Below are positions 13,101 to 27,200 of a stretch of DNA of 64,000 bases, one piece after another. A program made the position numbers and the translations under genes. Position 1 is the stretch's first letter, and every line of letters begins with the position of its first letter. The notes beneath the pieces were generated by a model that saw only the letters and a list, made by a program, of their open reading frames with translations, made no database searches and was not told the origin of the DNA. The stretch comes from Antedon mediterranea (lineage: Eukaryota > Animalia > Echinodermata): positions 8,432,001 through 8,496,000 of the forward strand of contig NC_092673.1 in assembly GCF_964355755.1 (NCBI RefSeq). Reading direction: 5' to 3'.

Positions 13101-16100
13101 GAATTAGGCGATTTTTTATAATTACAGTCCATCATATTATAGAAATTGTTTGTCTGGAAATGACATGTACTGTCTATATTAGCTTTCCAATCAAACAGTT
13201 TTTTGTATTTTGTATTCAAATAACTTTATTATACCTGTCTTTTCTTGTTTAATTACAGGCAACAGCAACTTATCTTAGTGATGCTGCTGCAATAGCTCAG
13301 ATATTTGATCATCTTTTTACAATTCCAAACAGAAATGGACCCGGTGTAAGTTGTTTTAATTATAATTATTATATTATTAGGTGATCATTTAGAATAAAAT
13401 GATCACCTATTGTTATTGTATGAAATCTTTATTATTATTTTTTTTTCTTTTTATTGTTTCTGTACACTATTTTGTGTAACAATTATCTCAAAAAGTTTAA
13501 TGTCAATGATTACCAAAATTTCAGAATATCTTTCAAATAATATAACTTAATCCTAATGAGCTTTCCAGCGTGATCACTCATCCGTGACGTCATTTATACG
13601 CCATTTTGTGAAATCACATTATCAATCATATCTCCATAATTCATTATGACATATTAATGAAATTCACTACAGGTAAACTTCAGGTCAAGGGTAAAAATAT
13701 TAGCAAATAAAAAGTTGCGCGTTTCAAGGTCATGCACGTGAAATCGCGCAAAATTAGGTTTTGATCAATTTAGAGCATGAATTAGGCCATTTGCGCGTTT
13801 CAAAAAATTACTGCGCAAAAATGCGTTTTTGTGCGTACGATTCTTAAAATGCGTAAAAAATTAAATTTGATGTATAAATCACATTCTACTCACAATCCTT
13901 AGTACATTCACCAATTTTGAATCCATTCCGACTTAAAATAACACTATACGAGCACGTTAAAAATGACAAAATGCGCACACTAATTGTACAAAAGTGCTAA
14001 AAATGGTAAAAAATAAGGACTTTTTAAAATGAATATAACTCTTCAGAATGGCAGATGACCCCCAATTTTTTTAACTTGTTATGGAAGCCAATAAGTTGTA
14101 GATACAAATGTATATACATATTAGACGTACAAAATGATATGACGTCATCAAATGGCCACTTGAATTTAAAAATTAGGAATTTTTATCTTTTTGTGTGGGT
14201 TATCACATTCAATAGAGCGCATCTCCGTTATTTGAGCCCAATTTTCGCACAACTTTTAGTATGTGCTTGCTCAATTAATTATTCTTCTAATGAGTTGTCA
14301 ACATTTTTATTTTGATGACGTCATTACGCGTAAAAACTTGAATAACCTAGGTCGTGTAATTTCAGCTACACCATACATTTGAATATCTTATAGCTCTTCA
14401 GAATTAAAGGTGACCTTGAAGATTATAACATCTTATGAAAGCTGATGAAATGTAGATATGAATTCATATTAAAATTAAGCCTATCGGATGTTGTGATGTT
14501 ATCATATGGCCAGTTGAAGTTAAAAAGTAGTTTTTAAATTTCTTTAGTCAAAGTTATACAAATTTCAAAGACCGCGCATTGCGCTTCTACGTGTCAAATT
14601 TTCTTCCAATCCTTATATTTATTTGCTCAATTCATTATCTTTTGAAATTGTCATCTTCGAGTTTATTTTGAAAATTCCATCATACCAAAAAATTAGAACA
14701 CGATATGAGTCCCGTAATTTCACCTATGCTACACTGTATATAGATATACAGTATATACTGTACATATTGTATGACACATAATAGGTAAACTCAGCACTAT
14801 AAGTGTATATGCATCATGTCATAGGATGGCGTACATCAACTTTTAACGATCGTATGTTAACGTACATGCATGTTTAAAAAATGTTAATTTTATTAAAATG
14901 ATAAAAATGATCACCTATAATTCGTCAAAGTGACGAATTAAATTCTAGTTATAACTTTGTCTTTGTATTAATATAAAGCAAAACTCCACATTCCAAAACA
15001 ATCTTAATAACTTCCACCCCTTCTTTTTTTTTCATTTTCATATATTCGTTTATATAAATTATAATGTTTATATTTAAATATGGTTATTTATGTAACCCGG
15101 GATGATAGATTGATAGTGCCTTAACGCTGACCTATTTTGGAAGATTATTGACCTATTTTGAAATTAAAGACTCGCGTAGTTTGAATTTGTTTGGTGCCTC
15201 CAAGTTCGGCTTATTTTGGAATGATGTTCACCAACTCTAATATATGAAGGGTCACAGGGTTAATTCGATTCAGGATTTTGTTCATGTCTTTACATTTTGT
15301 ACTTGTTTGCCGCCTATCGTCTCTTAATCTTATTAACGTTGCAAACTCCTACTAAATAAAGTGATGACACTAAATTTATATCCATTAGTTTTATAAAAGT
15401 CATACGGTGATAATTTTAAAATAATACAGACAAATAAATGTTTTTGTGTATAAAGAGGATATTTATAACTTTTGTTTCTCTTATTCATGTCATTTTCTTT
15501 AGGATACAGATGTTTTCTATATGTTACGATATGTAGCCAAGTACATAGAGGGTGTTCGTTATCCACTTGGTACACGCGATATTCCAGCGAGAAGCTGCAA
15601 AGATATTTTAGACTGCCATGACTATCTAAAAAATGGCAAGTATTATAATGAACTCAAATTTTATTTGATATAAATGTCACTGCATCCCTGAATAGTGTGC
15701 CGAGGTCTCAATCCTCCGAAAAAAAATACCTAATATAATTATATAATTGTGATCGCAGTTCTAATACGATGACGGTGGTATAAGGGGGAGCTTTCTTTTT
15801 GCGACGACCGACGACCAACCTAGTCAATCGATTTGTCGATTTAAGTACAATTTTATGAACAGTATTTAATTTTATTTAACATTCAAAAGTCTTAATTTGT
15901 CTAACTCTTTTTTCCCAACACATAGGTTATATATCCTTCATTTAAAATATAACGAACCATGTTATTTTCCATTACTTTTTTTTGTGATGGCAAAATACCA
16001 TGATGAACATGCGTAATCAAAATTATGTTGAATAAAAGCAGAACATAGGAGTTTTCTGCCGTTTTCATTAAGAAATGATGCCTGTCTATATAACAACTTT

Positions 16101-18919
16101 TGTCTGGTACCATTTTTGTACAACTATATTAGCAACATTTTCACTTGTTAACGACTGGTCAAGTGATAGATCCAGGTAATTTAAACAAGCCAATTCATTA
16201 ATTAAAACTCCATACAATTGACCGAAAACTCATTCACTTGCTTTACTTTGTGATTAGTTCCAAACAGAATAGCTTCGTTTAGAGGTGAGAAGCAAGGACA
16301 CACGGGCCAACATTCCCGCATGTGCACAATAAACTAACATGGCGTAGCTTGGTTGTCGGTCGTTGCAAATCGAGAATTCCCTACTGGTGGTTGTGGTAGA
16401 CTTATGATAATAACAATGACAAATTCGTTTATTTTCTTTGTACAATAACAAAATACTGATTTAAACAAAGAAAAGGGGAAAATTATAGAAGCAAATGCTT
16501 ATAAAAGAAAGAACCCATTTAAATACAAATTTAATTAAATAGATGAAAATCAGCTCTTAAATAATAATTGCAAAAAGGTTTTCCAACAAAATGCCACACT
16601 AATACTATGCAAATAAATTCAACATTTTTATTCTATTATTTTTCACTTGACTTAACGACCTACGCATATATTGTATATTTTGTTTTTCGCCTGGACTTGG
16701 TATCTGCCAAAGCTGTGTGTCGATGAACTGTGTTTAAAGGATGTGTGTCCCCGCGTGCACACAATGATTTCGAAGTTCCTATGTTATACAGAAGCTTATC
16801 GCAAATTAAAAGTTGATGGTGGTGGTAGGAGACGTTTTAAAATTATTTAGCTTGATATTTTTTGTAGGACGTTACTGGATCGATCCTAACCTTGGTTGTC
16901 CTACTGATGCAGTGGAAGTGTATTGTAATTTTACAAATAATGGTGAATCGTGTCTTATTCCAAGTGATCCGAGTAGGGTGAGTGATTATTATTATTATTA
17001 TTATTACACCTTGGAGGCTTACTAAGAATAGTTATATCCAGTCTTCAATTTGAAAACTGGTCTTTATCTAGAAAAACTGTAACAAAACCATTTTGATAAA
17101 TATACTATTGACATTTTACGTAATTTTATTCAATCATCGTAAAGTTAACTGTTTTTCTAAACACTGTATTTATTCAAATATACGGCCCGGGCGCATTATT
17201 GTTTTTGCTCCGTTACGGCAGAAATAATGAATAATTCATGACCCTCATTATTTTCAATGATAAAGAATTAATGACAAGATAGCTGATATACTTTCTAAAT
17301 ATAACATAACTCACTCAACTATTAAAAAAACATGGATGATTTTAATGGGCATTGAAGCCAAGATGCAAGACCCTTAGTCTGAAGCCTATACTTTCTCGAC
17401 CAACTGTTTGGCATGGCAAAACCTGTTGACACAAGGCACTGGGTCTCTGTCCATGTTAATATATAGAGACCCCTATAATATCATAATGTGGGTCATGAAT
17501 TATTCATAATTTCTGCCTTAACCACATAGGAGAAATAATAACTTAATATCAATCAATCAATCAATCAAAGTAACATTTATTTCTCTTCTTGTCTTTCATA
17601 GAAAATAAAAATTAACAGTAAATATGATTAAAATAAGAGGGGCAACATTCATAAAAAGCGAAGCTTGTAAAAGGCAGCCCATAGTAATAATAAGGGGGAG
17701 TTTATTCGATGGATGCATTTATTTGAAGAAAGCGTTTATTTTTGGGTATATGTAACATTTATAATCGAATAAATACCCCCTAGATATGAAAACATACAAT
17801 TCAATTAATATCAAGAAGTGATAAAATACAGTCAAAAGTGTATCAAAATGATCATGTCAATCAATGAATTCTACTGCAAATAGAAATGTGTACTAATAAT
17901 GGTTCCAGGGAGGTTATTTGAGTGATGAGGGAGTTTATTCAAAATGATGTTCTATTGAGGTGGTTGCCTTGATATATATGTACTGATGATATAATTATCT
18001 TTAAACTATTTTAAGGATTGTGCAATTTGACCAAAACAAATTTATTATCAAATAAGTAAAGCCATGCTGAAATGTGTTTGTTTTTTATTTACTTATGGTG
18101 ACTTCTTTAGTACATCTATGGAATAACACGACCACAGCTGAATTTTCTACATTTGTTGACATCGGAAGGAAGTCAATTAGTTACAATTCACTGTAGAAAC
18201 ATGTCTGTCTGGGAAAGTTCAGACGGCAGATATGTAAACGCTATTAAGTTCAAAGGATGGAACGGAAGTATATACCGCCATGATGGCCAGTTTAAACCAA
18301 CAGTTATACATGATCAATGTAAAGTACGTATATTTTTATTTAATTGAATACAAAATTATTAGTTACGAGACCGAACCTTATATAGTTATCTTAGTTGGCG
18401 CATTTCTGTAACAAATGTCCAACTTTTGACTTTTTTAGCTGCAGCAGTAATGATTTGCTGTAAGTCAATAATTTGGCTGAATGGTGACGTCAGTTTATGG
18501 AACCCATCGACCTCATTAATTAGTGTTTAGTGAGATATATTGACTGTCAGCTATCTATTCATAGAAAATAATTATGTTGCATTATTCATGATTTCTGCCT
18601 TAAATTAATGATAAACAGAAAACAACAAAACAATTAATTTGGGTTTGACGGTGGTCTGTGACTTCAGGCTAATGATCTGATGATTGTGGTTTTGATCACA
18701 TCCAAAAATAACTTTATGTCATTAAATTCAAACTTTTTATTATTATTATTATTATTGATAAAGCATCAAGATACGAGGTGGCGGACAACGAAATTCCTTT
18801 TTCAGAGTCAAGATCCAAACATGTTACCAATAATTGATGTCATCACCATTCCATCAGTTCATGAGAGTAATCAGGTAGCAGGGTTCAAAGTTGAACTGGG
18901 CAATGCTTGTTTCAACTAA
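1199..18919 (+). CDS. Fibrillar collagen alpha chain, clade C (COL24A1/COL27A1-like); 5' part lies upstream of the window
   Basis: 29 phase-0 Gly-X-Y exons: 1199-1306, 1586-1639, 1800-1853, 2083-2136, 2478-2567, 2666-2719, 4327-4380, 4700-4861, 5264-5317, 6164-6271, 6481-6588, 7069-7122, 7299-7352, 7518-7571, 8205-8258, 8451-8504, 8689-8796, 9012-9065, 9476-9529, 9879-9932, 10156-10209, 10612-10719, 10813-10866, 11154-11216, 11384-11455, 11771-11788, 12176-12193, 12554-12571, 12829-12846 (mostly 54/108/162 nt; 207 triplets). Then telopeptide/C-propeptide exons 13259-13345, 15503-15635, 16868-16977, 18111-18323, 18764-18919 (TAA). All AG acceptors; GT donors except two GC. Confidence 0.95.
2830..4133. 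mobile_element. Non-autonomous hAT-like element with 6-bp TSD
   Basis: TIR CAGGGCTCGAAATT / AATTTCGAGCCCTG, subterminal CTAGCAAA/TTGCTAG repeats, flanking direct repeat CTGTTA (2824-2829, 4134-4139). Confidence 0.85.
13373..14948 (+). mobile_element. Non-autonomous Helentron/HINE (DINE-1-like) element
   Basis: 5' TTATTAGGTGATCATTT..AAATGATCACCTA hairpin plus (TTA)n; 3' subTIR AAATGATCACCTA, stem-loop TAATTCGTCA-AAG-TGACGAATTA (14918-14940) and CTAG followed by TT. Confidence 0.75.
15503..18919 (+). CDS. COLFI C-propeptide of the collagen, clade C type
   Basis: [18 protein letters not shown]...[28 protein letters not shown]...[26 protein letters not shown]...FKGWNG...QDPNMLPII...ELGNACFN*. 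The PLGT, DPNLGC, NFLHLL and WNG motifs and the short chain-selection region match my recollection of COL27A1/COL24A1 better than clade A or B chains. Confidence 0.9.
15783..16384. mobile_element. MITE (shorter relative at about 9665-9842)
   Basis: Imperfect TIR GGGAGCTTTC..TTTGCGACGACCGAC / GTCGGTCGTTGCAAATCGAGAATTCCC; shared internal ATTCCCGC..GCACA(CA)ATAAACTAA with the 9665-9842 copy. Confidence 0.6.
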
Positions 18920-20199
18920 AATCTTTCATTCTCTGAACCAAATCATTAAAAAAAAAGTTATTGTGTCTTCCTATGGCAACAGAAGACCTCGCTTTGGACG
19001 CAAATAAAATTAAAGATTTTCTCGTTCAAATTCACTGTGTGAAGTACGACATTCAAATGAAAATAATGCGATTACAGTGAACTCTCCCAATACCGGGGTC
19101 TCTGAAAACCTAAAACTCTCTTAACCAGGTCCTCAATTTGTTTACCCAATAGAAAAACATTCAAAATTATCAAACCAGAAAACCAGACATATCAGGCCAA
19201 CCCAAAAGTATCCTGTATTGTGAAAGTTGTACTATAATTATGTAAACCACCATGAACCCTTTTTAATTAACGTCTTTACAAAAAAAAGAAGTTTATGTTA
19301 TGTATTTAGATTAAAACATACGCACGTTGTCAATTATGAAATGAAAAACACAATATATGTATGATGAACCACGTTTCTTGTGTTGTTATTTAGTTATATT
19401 CCAAAAGTGTAAACATTAACAAAATGTACATACAACAAATTTGATGTTGTTTTAAAATTATGTTTAATATACCAAATAAATTGCAAAATTCGTTTTAAAA
19501 CCTACCTGGCAAATTTGTATTTGTTTAAGTATTACAAAGTAATTGTTTAGCACTTGCAGCTGACTTTATAATTTACGGTACTTTTACTGTTGCCTTTTTA
19601 AAATTACAGCTTTAGGTCTACTTTAAAATAAATTTTAAAAATTAATAAATTAATTATTGCTATATTATGAGTAAATAAAAGGAAATATATATAATTTTGT
19701 AAAACGAAAAAAATGTTTGAAAAACCATCTAAATTCTATAAATGTATTGAAACATGTTTGGTCAATATTTCTTATTGTTTATTATTACTCATTATTTTAA
19801 TTGTATTATAAGTATATTTATTAGTAACCATACTGTTATTGTCGATATGGCCATTTTGTTATTAGTAATATTAATATTAACTAATCCAATAATTACCGTT
19901 ATTGTTTATTATTTTCGTTAATAATATTATCTTACATTTACATTTTTTAAATAAAATATTATTCTGTAATTATCATTATCATTGTCATCATCACCATAAA
20001 CATAATTATTATTACTATTATTTGATTATGTTTATTATAATTAATAATAATAGAAATTGTATTTTTTTTAATAATATTGTTTTTAGACCTTATCTTTCAA
20101 CCTACAAACAAGTTGTATTCGATATGGTTTAGTAACTTACACGATTATGTCAGCTATGCGAGGTATAAGTATTTGAAGATATTCAGTCGTTAAGTATAC

Positions 20200-20940
20200 T
20201 ACGCGTTTACATTGGTGCTATTCTAATACGCCTTTATGTTCGTTTACATTGGTATTACTGTACTATGTATTAATTCTCGTTTACATTGGTGCTATTCTTG
20301 TACGCCTTTATGCTCGTTTACATTGGTGCTATTCTATTATGTATTAATTCTCGTTTACATTGGTGCTATTCTTGTACGCCTTTATGCTCGTTTACATTGG
20401 TGCTATTCTATTATGTATTAATTCTCGTTTACATTGGTGCTATTCTTGTACGCCTTTATGCTCGTTTACATTGGTGCTATTCTATTATGTATTAATTCTC
20501 GTTTACATTGGTGCTATTCTTGTACGCCTTTATGCTCATTTACATTGGTGCTATTCTATTATGTATTAATTCTCGTTTACATTGGTGCTATTCTTGTACG
20601 CCTTTATGCTCGTTTACATTGGTGCTATTCTACTATGTATTAATTCTCGTTTACATTGGTGCTATTCTTGTACGCCTTTATGCTCGTTCACATTATTATT
20701 ACTATGTATTAATTGTCGGTTACATTGATGCTATTCTTATTCTCGTTTACATTGGTATTATTATGTATTAATTCTCGTTTACATTGGTGCTATTCTAGTA
20801 CGCCTTTATGCTCGTTTACATTGGTATTACTATGTACTAATTGTCGTTTACATTGGTGCTATTCTAGTACACATTAATTCTCGTTTGCATTGGTGTTATT
20901 CATGTACACGTTATTCCTCGTTTACATTGGTGCTATTCTA
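20200..20940. repeat. 74-bp higher-order tandem repeat (two alternating 37-bp monomers)
   Basis: TCGTTTACATTGGTGCTATTCTTGTACGCCTTTATGC alternating with TCGTTTACATTGGTGCTATTCTATTATGTATTAATTC; ORF-track repeats are offset by 74 nt. Confidence 0.95.
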
Positions 20941-22069
20941 GTTAGATAAATTAAACTGTATATAAATGAAAAAGGTTTTATACGTGTGTGATGTTTTTGT
21001 GATATTTTTCAAACCAGTTTGTGTCTAACCAAGTCATAAGCACCACTGATGCATATTATCCCAGTTGGTTTTATGATAACTTTCCAGTAAATATTACAAT
21101 TTGTTAGATATATTCGATTTTTTTTTTTAAATGTTATTAAATCAACTAAACATGCCATGGGATCATACTATATCATACCATTATTATATTGGGCAAGGTA
21201 AATGTTTGATGTACTTTGTTTCTACTAGTAATCTGACAAAAGTACAGGCCTAAAAATCCACAGTAAACCTGGATACATTGTACTTATATATAAGTTCGAA
21301 ACTGCTTGATTGAAAACGAACAATATGTCGTCATTATCTTCAGACGAGAACTTGGTGAGACCTGAATATAAACCTTAAATTCACGTATTGGTACTTATCC
21401 AACGTCATCTAATAGCATCATGTTTTCATATAAATCGATTGTCTTTCATTAACATTCATAGTAACACGTAACCTTGCTGACGTCAAAGAAATAAATAAAA
21501 TTAAATTATGTTATTGTGAAATTATTTACTTCTTTAATTATGTTAATTAATAATGTCTAAAGTATTTCGAATATGAAATAATTTGCTAGATCTAATATGT
21601 CGATAATACTCGCCATAAGTGTTGAAATTGGTTTAAATTGTGAATATTCTGTTGTATAGTTTTTAGTAAATAAAAAGGTCGAAGCACTGTAGTAGAAAAA
21701 AACGTATGTGTTTTATTTATTATTTGGGACTTAACTTGTTATGTTATGTATGCAATTGTACAGTATATTATTGTTTTTCCTGAAACCAATTAAAGGGCTT
21801 GATAATTAACTTTTCCATCACTTTATATTTTACCGGCTATTATATAATGTTGTGGTCCTTTGTTAAAAATAATATTTGCCAACAAACCAACAACTACAAA
21901 ACTCCTCCAAAGAAAGACATTTTTGTGGGGTTATTAGTTAAGAAAAATAATAACAGTATTAATAGTCAAATCACCCCTCCCGAATATGTTATTGGCGCTA
22001 ATTAACTAATTATAGTACTCTGAACCTGTGTTATAAAAGTACTTTTTATTTAAATGAAATTGTTTTAAA

Positions 22070-24200
22070 TTAATCAAATATATTTAGATGATTTTCCAAA
22101 CAGTTTTCGGTGATACTGTTTATCCATTCTGTAAATCCCGCCGGCTTCGTGTATAGACCATATTTTCCGTTCTGGTCACACTCGTTGCCGGGCAGAGCGA
22201 CACCGACTACCGCCCAAGTTTCGTCATGTCTAATACAAACCAAAGCACCGCCAGTGTCTCCAAGGCATGCGGAGTTTCCTTCGGACCTAAAAGGTTTAAA
22301 TATGGAAATGATAAATGTATACAAATATAATAACACACTCACAGTAACATCAAAGGATAAACAATCTGCGATTTTTTTTTTAAGAGCACGGATGACTACC
22401 CTCGTGCGGGCAGATGTAAAAGTGTAGAAGAAAAATAATAGCTACGAACATCTAGGTATTTCTAATCTATTTTCTGTCCAAATATGGTCCCTACTTCTTC
22501 ATTATTATTGTTAATGAAAAATCGAAGATTACTATATCTTTTGAAATATCATTATGGTAATACAAAATCTATTCAAACATTTATCAATGGAACTTTAATA
22601 AAAAAACTACAGTATAATCAATTAGTAATTTTAAATGTATTACTATGACTAGTAAGTATAAATTGCAACGCAACACATCGTTACCTGTAACCTGCACAAA
22701 GAATATTTTCGTTAAATTCAGCTTCGTGCGCATCTTCACAGTCGTTATCAAGGAGAACCGGCATCCGTAATTGTTGAGGGATCTCTGGGTAGTCTGCTTT
22801 ATCACCTAGATCATTTGCACCCCAACCTATCGTGTAACAATCTTCAAATGCACTTCGAATAACATCGTCCTCTATTAGAAATAAACAGTTTAAAAATCGT
22901 ATAAAAGGCCAATAAACATTCACTGTAGGTTCACGCATATGTCTAAGGAATATTATTGCGATCCATTATTAATATTGTATTTTTAAAATCTTACTTGTTC
23001 CCAAACATGCTGTTCGAACAAAACTAGCAAGTATAACTGGAGTCTTCAGTTTGATCAATGCCAAGTCTCGGTCAAAATTGTCTCTAACAAAACCGTCAGC
23101 CAAAATGATTTCTTCAACTTCTATTTCCTGAACCTCGATTTCGGAATCTGATGATCGATTGTGTTGCCCGAATGTGACCTTAATCTAGCAAACAGATCAA
23201 AAGAAGTTACTAATTTGTTTATTTAATTAATAATTAATTATTCATTTATATCGCGCAAATCACGCAAAATAATGATATTAAAATTTACAAAAAAAATAAA
23301 AATACAGTTTATTTACAATAAAATACAGTTAAAATTACCAATTTCAAGATTAAAATTTAAATTAATTACAGTAACAAGCGGTAATTAAATGAATTCATTT
23401 ATAAAAAGCAAACATTATTTGAAAAAGAGATTTGAAACCGACAAGGTTCTTAGCATTCCTAATGTTTACAGAAAGATCATTCCAAAATTTAGAAGCAGTA
23501 ATCGAATTCATTCTAGTAATAAGTTGTGTATAGATTATTGTTTCCTACTAAAAAAAACATAATATTATTATGATCAGAAGAGTTAGCTATAATTGTAGTA
23601 CTGTATTTCGTTGATGCCTGATTGTATTGATGTTTATATAACAAGAATTCTACAATTAACTTGCGGACACTGTATAGAATTACAATAATGAGAAGATCGG
23701 AAATTAATTAAGTGCATTAATCGTATTTATTTTAAGTTTATTTAATTGTAAATCTAAATTCCTCCTAGATTATCGTATTGACTAATAATTAATTTGTATG
23801 CAATAACGGTTGTATGTAATTTGTTTTTATTTTTCTGGAAGTAGTGGATAGTATCTCTCTTTATTCTCGTCGGAACTACAATTGTGTTGATTATTTCATG
23901 TAATGTTTGGCTTAAGGATATGAACAAATATAAATTGGTCAAAAAATATGTGTACCTCATTTACTCGTAACGGTTTACTGTTTCTGTTAACACATGAAGC
24001 AGCCGTTAACACCCACTGGTTACAGAGTAACGTTCCTCCACAGATATGCCTAAATACATTACTATTTTTAAACTTTCGGGTAATGGAGGCTACCCACGGC
24101 CAACTGTTTGGTATTTCAACGTCATAATTTTCCTGCACTGCTTCTTTTTCCTTGGCTTCCTTGATATCAATATCAATTGCCACACCACATCGATTGAAAT
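22070..24200 (-). CDS. Trypsin-fold serine-protease-homology domain exons of the Bf/C2-like gene
   Basis: SWPWVASI, CGGTLL.NQWVLTAASC, DRDLALIKL, VRTACL, CYTIGWG, ILCAG, SACLGDTGGALVC, YGLYTK...WI. Confidence 0.93.
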
Positions 24201-27200
24201 CTACGTAACAAATAAATTATTAATATATTATAAGCATTCTCTCGATTATGACAGGAGTCTTGTTGAGCCGTGAATGTGAACAAAGTCAAATTTCTGCAAA
24301 CAACCACATTTTTGTGCATTCATTTTTCGCTCAAATATGCAAACAACAACATGTGTGCAAACATGGCAACCTTAAATGTAAAAAAATGCATAATCCTCCA
24401 ATGCGCAAAAATCACACCCTAAATGTCGACGTTAATTTAGACAGGTTCCATTTCTCAAAAAACGGCCTAGAAAACGAATCAAGAAGCATTTTTTGGTAGA
24501 AGCTGGGATCCACTTGATTTAGGATATTTCGACCTCGCTGATTACGAATATGGCGAGATTCGGCCATCTAAGCCCTTAAATTTGCATAATTAAAAATGGC
24601 AGCCATTTTTTATAATTACCCTATATCTCGAGAACCACTAGTCACAGATAATTAATTTTGGTTTCAAAATGTTTCAAATATATGATTTTATATTCACTTT
24701 AATGACACATTTTGTCAAAAAATGGATGCAAGTCTTATTTCTGACATTTTGACCTTTGACCTTGATTTATCGTATCTCAGTAACCAATAATCGGAGAGAC
24801 ACGAAATAGGGCTCAAATTGTTCAGAAACTATACATTCATATTTATTATAATGAAATGTTTTTACAAAAAATGGCCGATTCTACAACTATTGACCTTTGA
24901 ACTATTCGTCAAATATAATTAATAATATAACTTTGAAAATGTTGGTCTTATGACATTTTTTTTCTTTTTAAATTGTTTAAAACATGTGTTTCTATCCAGT
25001 CTAATGGCACATTTTGTACAAGAATGGCCGATAGTATGGTTATTGACCTTTGAACTACAGCATAGGCCTACTGTATAATAAATATAATATAATTGCATAA
25101 TTATGAAATTATTTATACACAATAATAATTAGTAAAATTATAAAATTCACTGCCATCAAATATGATGTGTTATGATTTATATAGATTTAAAAAAAAATTG
25201 AACACGCAAGTTACATTTGGAAATTACCTGCCATCAATATGATGGAGCATGATATAGATTTTCTTAAATGTGAACATGTCAGCTACATTTGGAAATTACC
25301 TGCCATCAATATGATGGATTATGATTATAGATTTTTTAAAAAAGGTGAACACGTAAGCTACATTTGGAAATTACCTGCCATCAATATGATGGATTATGAT
25401 TATAGATTTAAAAAAGAATTTGAACACGTAAGCTACATTTGAAAATTACCTGCCATCAATATGATGGATTATGATTGTATAGATTTAAAAGAAAATGTGA
25501 ACACATAAGCTATATTTGGAATGAACATGTTAAGGAAATCAGTTTTGATCATTCATGCTAAGGTTTCCGTCATCTTTAGCGCTGTTACAGCGGCATAAAG
25601 CTGTACGTGGTAGTTTTGACTTCTTGCACCTACATCTATTGGCTATGCATCGTGTCTTGCATCCACAATAATTCGTCTCTAACGAAGCAGTATGAATAAC
25701 TTCTTTTTTCAGAAGCACTGGTTAAAGTTTACCATATAGCTCCCAACCTAAATCTGTTGGTGATGGCAAAGGCTGGATTGGCGATACAGCTTTTTTCCAT
25801 ACGAGTGCTTGAAAGTGTGCTCTTTTTATATGCTGGTGAACTGTATCACTTGTTGGAGGTAATGCCTCTGGTTTTGTTTTTTTTTTTAAACATGGTATGC
25901 CTAACTTCATTGGTACTTTTAACTTGACCAACACCGTAAACGTAGCAAATGAATCTTTCTAATTTCATAATAACTTGGTCACTGATAGGTTGTTCTCCCA
26001 GGTCTAATTAGTTCATGATTTTTTTTAAATACTTCCCATGCCGATGCCTTTGAGTGACCACTTAAATATGAGGTAGTATCGCATCCAGTAATAGTGTGGA
26101 ATGGAATCAGTGCTTTTGCAGAACTCTCGGGCAAGGCTTGAAAATGTCTTTTATAGGAAGATACTTCCTTTTTTTGGATGTCCCTGTCATCATCCATATA
26201 TCTTTGGATATCATGCTTTGGTTGTGAGACACTAGAATCACTAGTACGTCTGTATGCCATAGAAACAACTACAAATGTGTCGTATTGGACATTGGCAGCA
26301 TGAAAAACAAGTCGCGTGTCCGCTTCTTCATGATTTGTGACCAGAGACAACGTATTCGTGTAGACTTTTGATGATTTAACAACTGATTCTTCCATAAACC
26401 CACCAGCTATGACAATTTTTCTTTGACTATAGGAGTTTGACGAATCAACTCCTCTGATAGAAATCGTGCCAGATCTGCTTTATTATCTTGTAATGCCAAA
26501 AAGTTTGACCAGCAATTTGGCAGCGGTATCTCAACCACTTTTTATAATTCGACAAATTGGTCTGAGTGTTTTGGTTCGTCTTTGTCTGGTGGTGCACTTT
26601 ATCGACAGTTTTTTTTAGGCATGCCATGTTTAAAAAAAAACCAGAGGCATTACCTCCAACAAGCGATGCAGTGCACCAGCATATAAAAAGAGCAGACTTC
26701 CAAGCACTCGTATGGAAAAAAGCTGTATCGCCAATCCAGCATTTGCCATCACCAACAGATTTTGGTTGGGAGCTATCTAATGGTAAACTTCAACCGGTGC
26801 TTCTGAAAAATGAAGCTATTCCTACTGCTTCGTTAGAGATGATTTATTGTGGATGCAAGACACGATACATAACCAATAGATTTAAGTGCAAGAAGTCAAA
26901 ACTACCATGTGCAGCTTTATGCAACGCTAAAGATGACGGAAACCTTTGCATGAATGATTAAGACTGATGCCCTTAACATGTTCATTCCACATATAGCTTA
27001 CGTGTTCACATTTTCTTTTAAACCTATACAATCATAATCCGTCATATTGATGGCAGGTAATTTCCAAATGTAGCTTACGTGTTCACATTTTTTTTTTAAT
27101 CTATACAATCATAATCCATCATATTGATGGCAGGTAATTTCGAAATGTAGCTTACGTGTTCACATTTTTTTGTTATCTATATATAATTATAATCCATCAT

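Noticed and set aside
20200-20940. CRISPR-like look of a constant ~22-bp repeat with short variable segments, and hydrophobic ORFs 20236-20771
   Set aside because: The 'spacers' are only two alternating ~15-bp sequences, the context is eukaryotic with no cas genes, and the ORFs are repeat translations.
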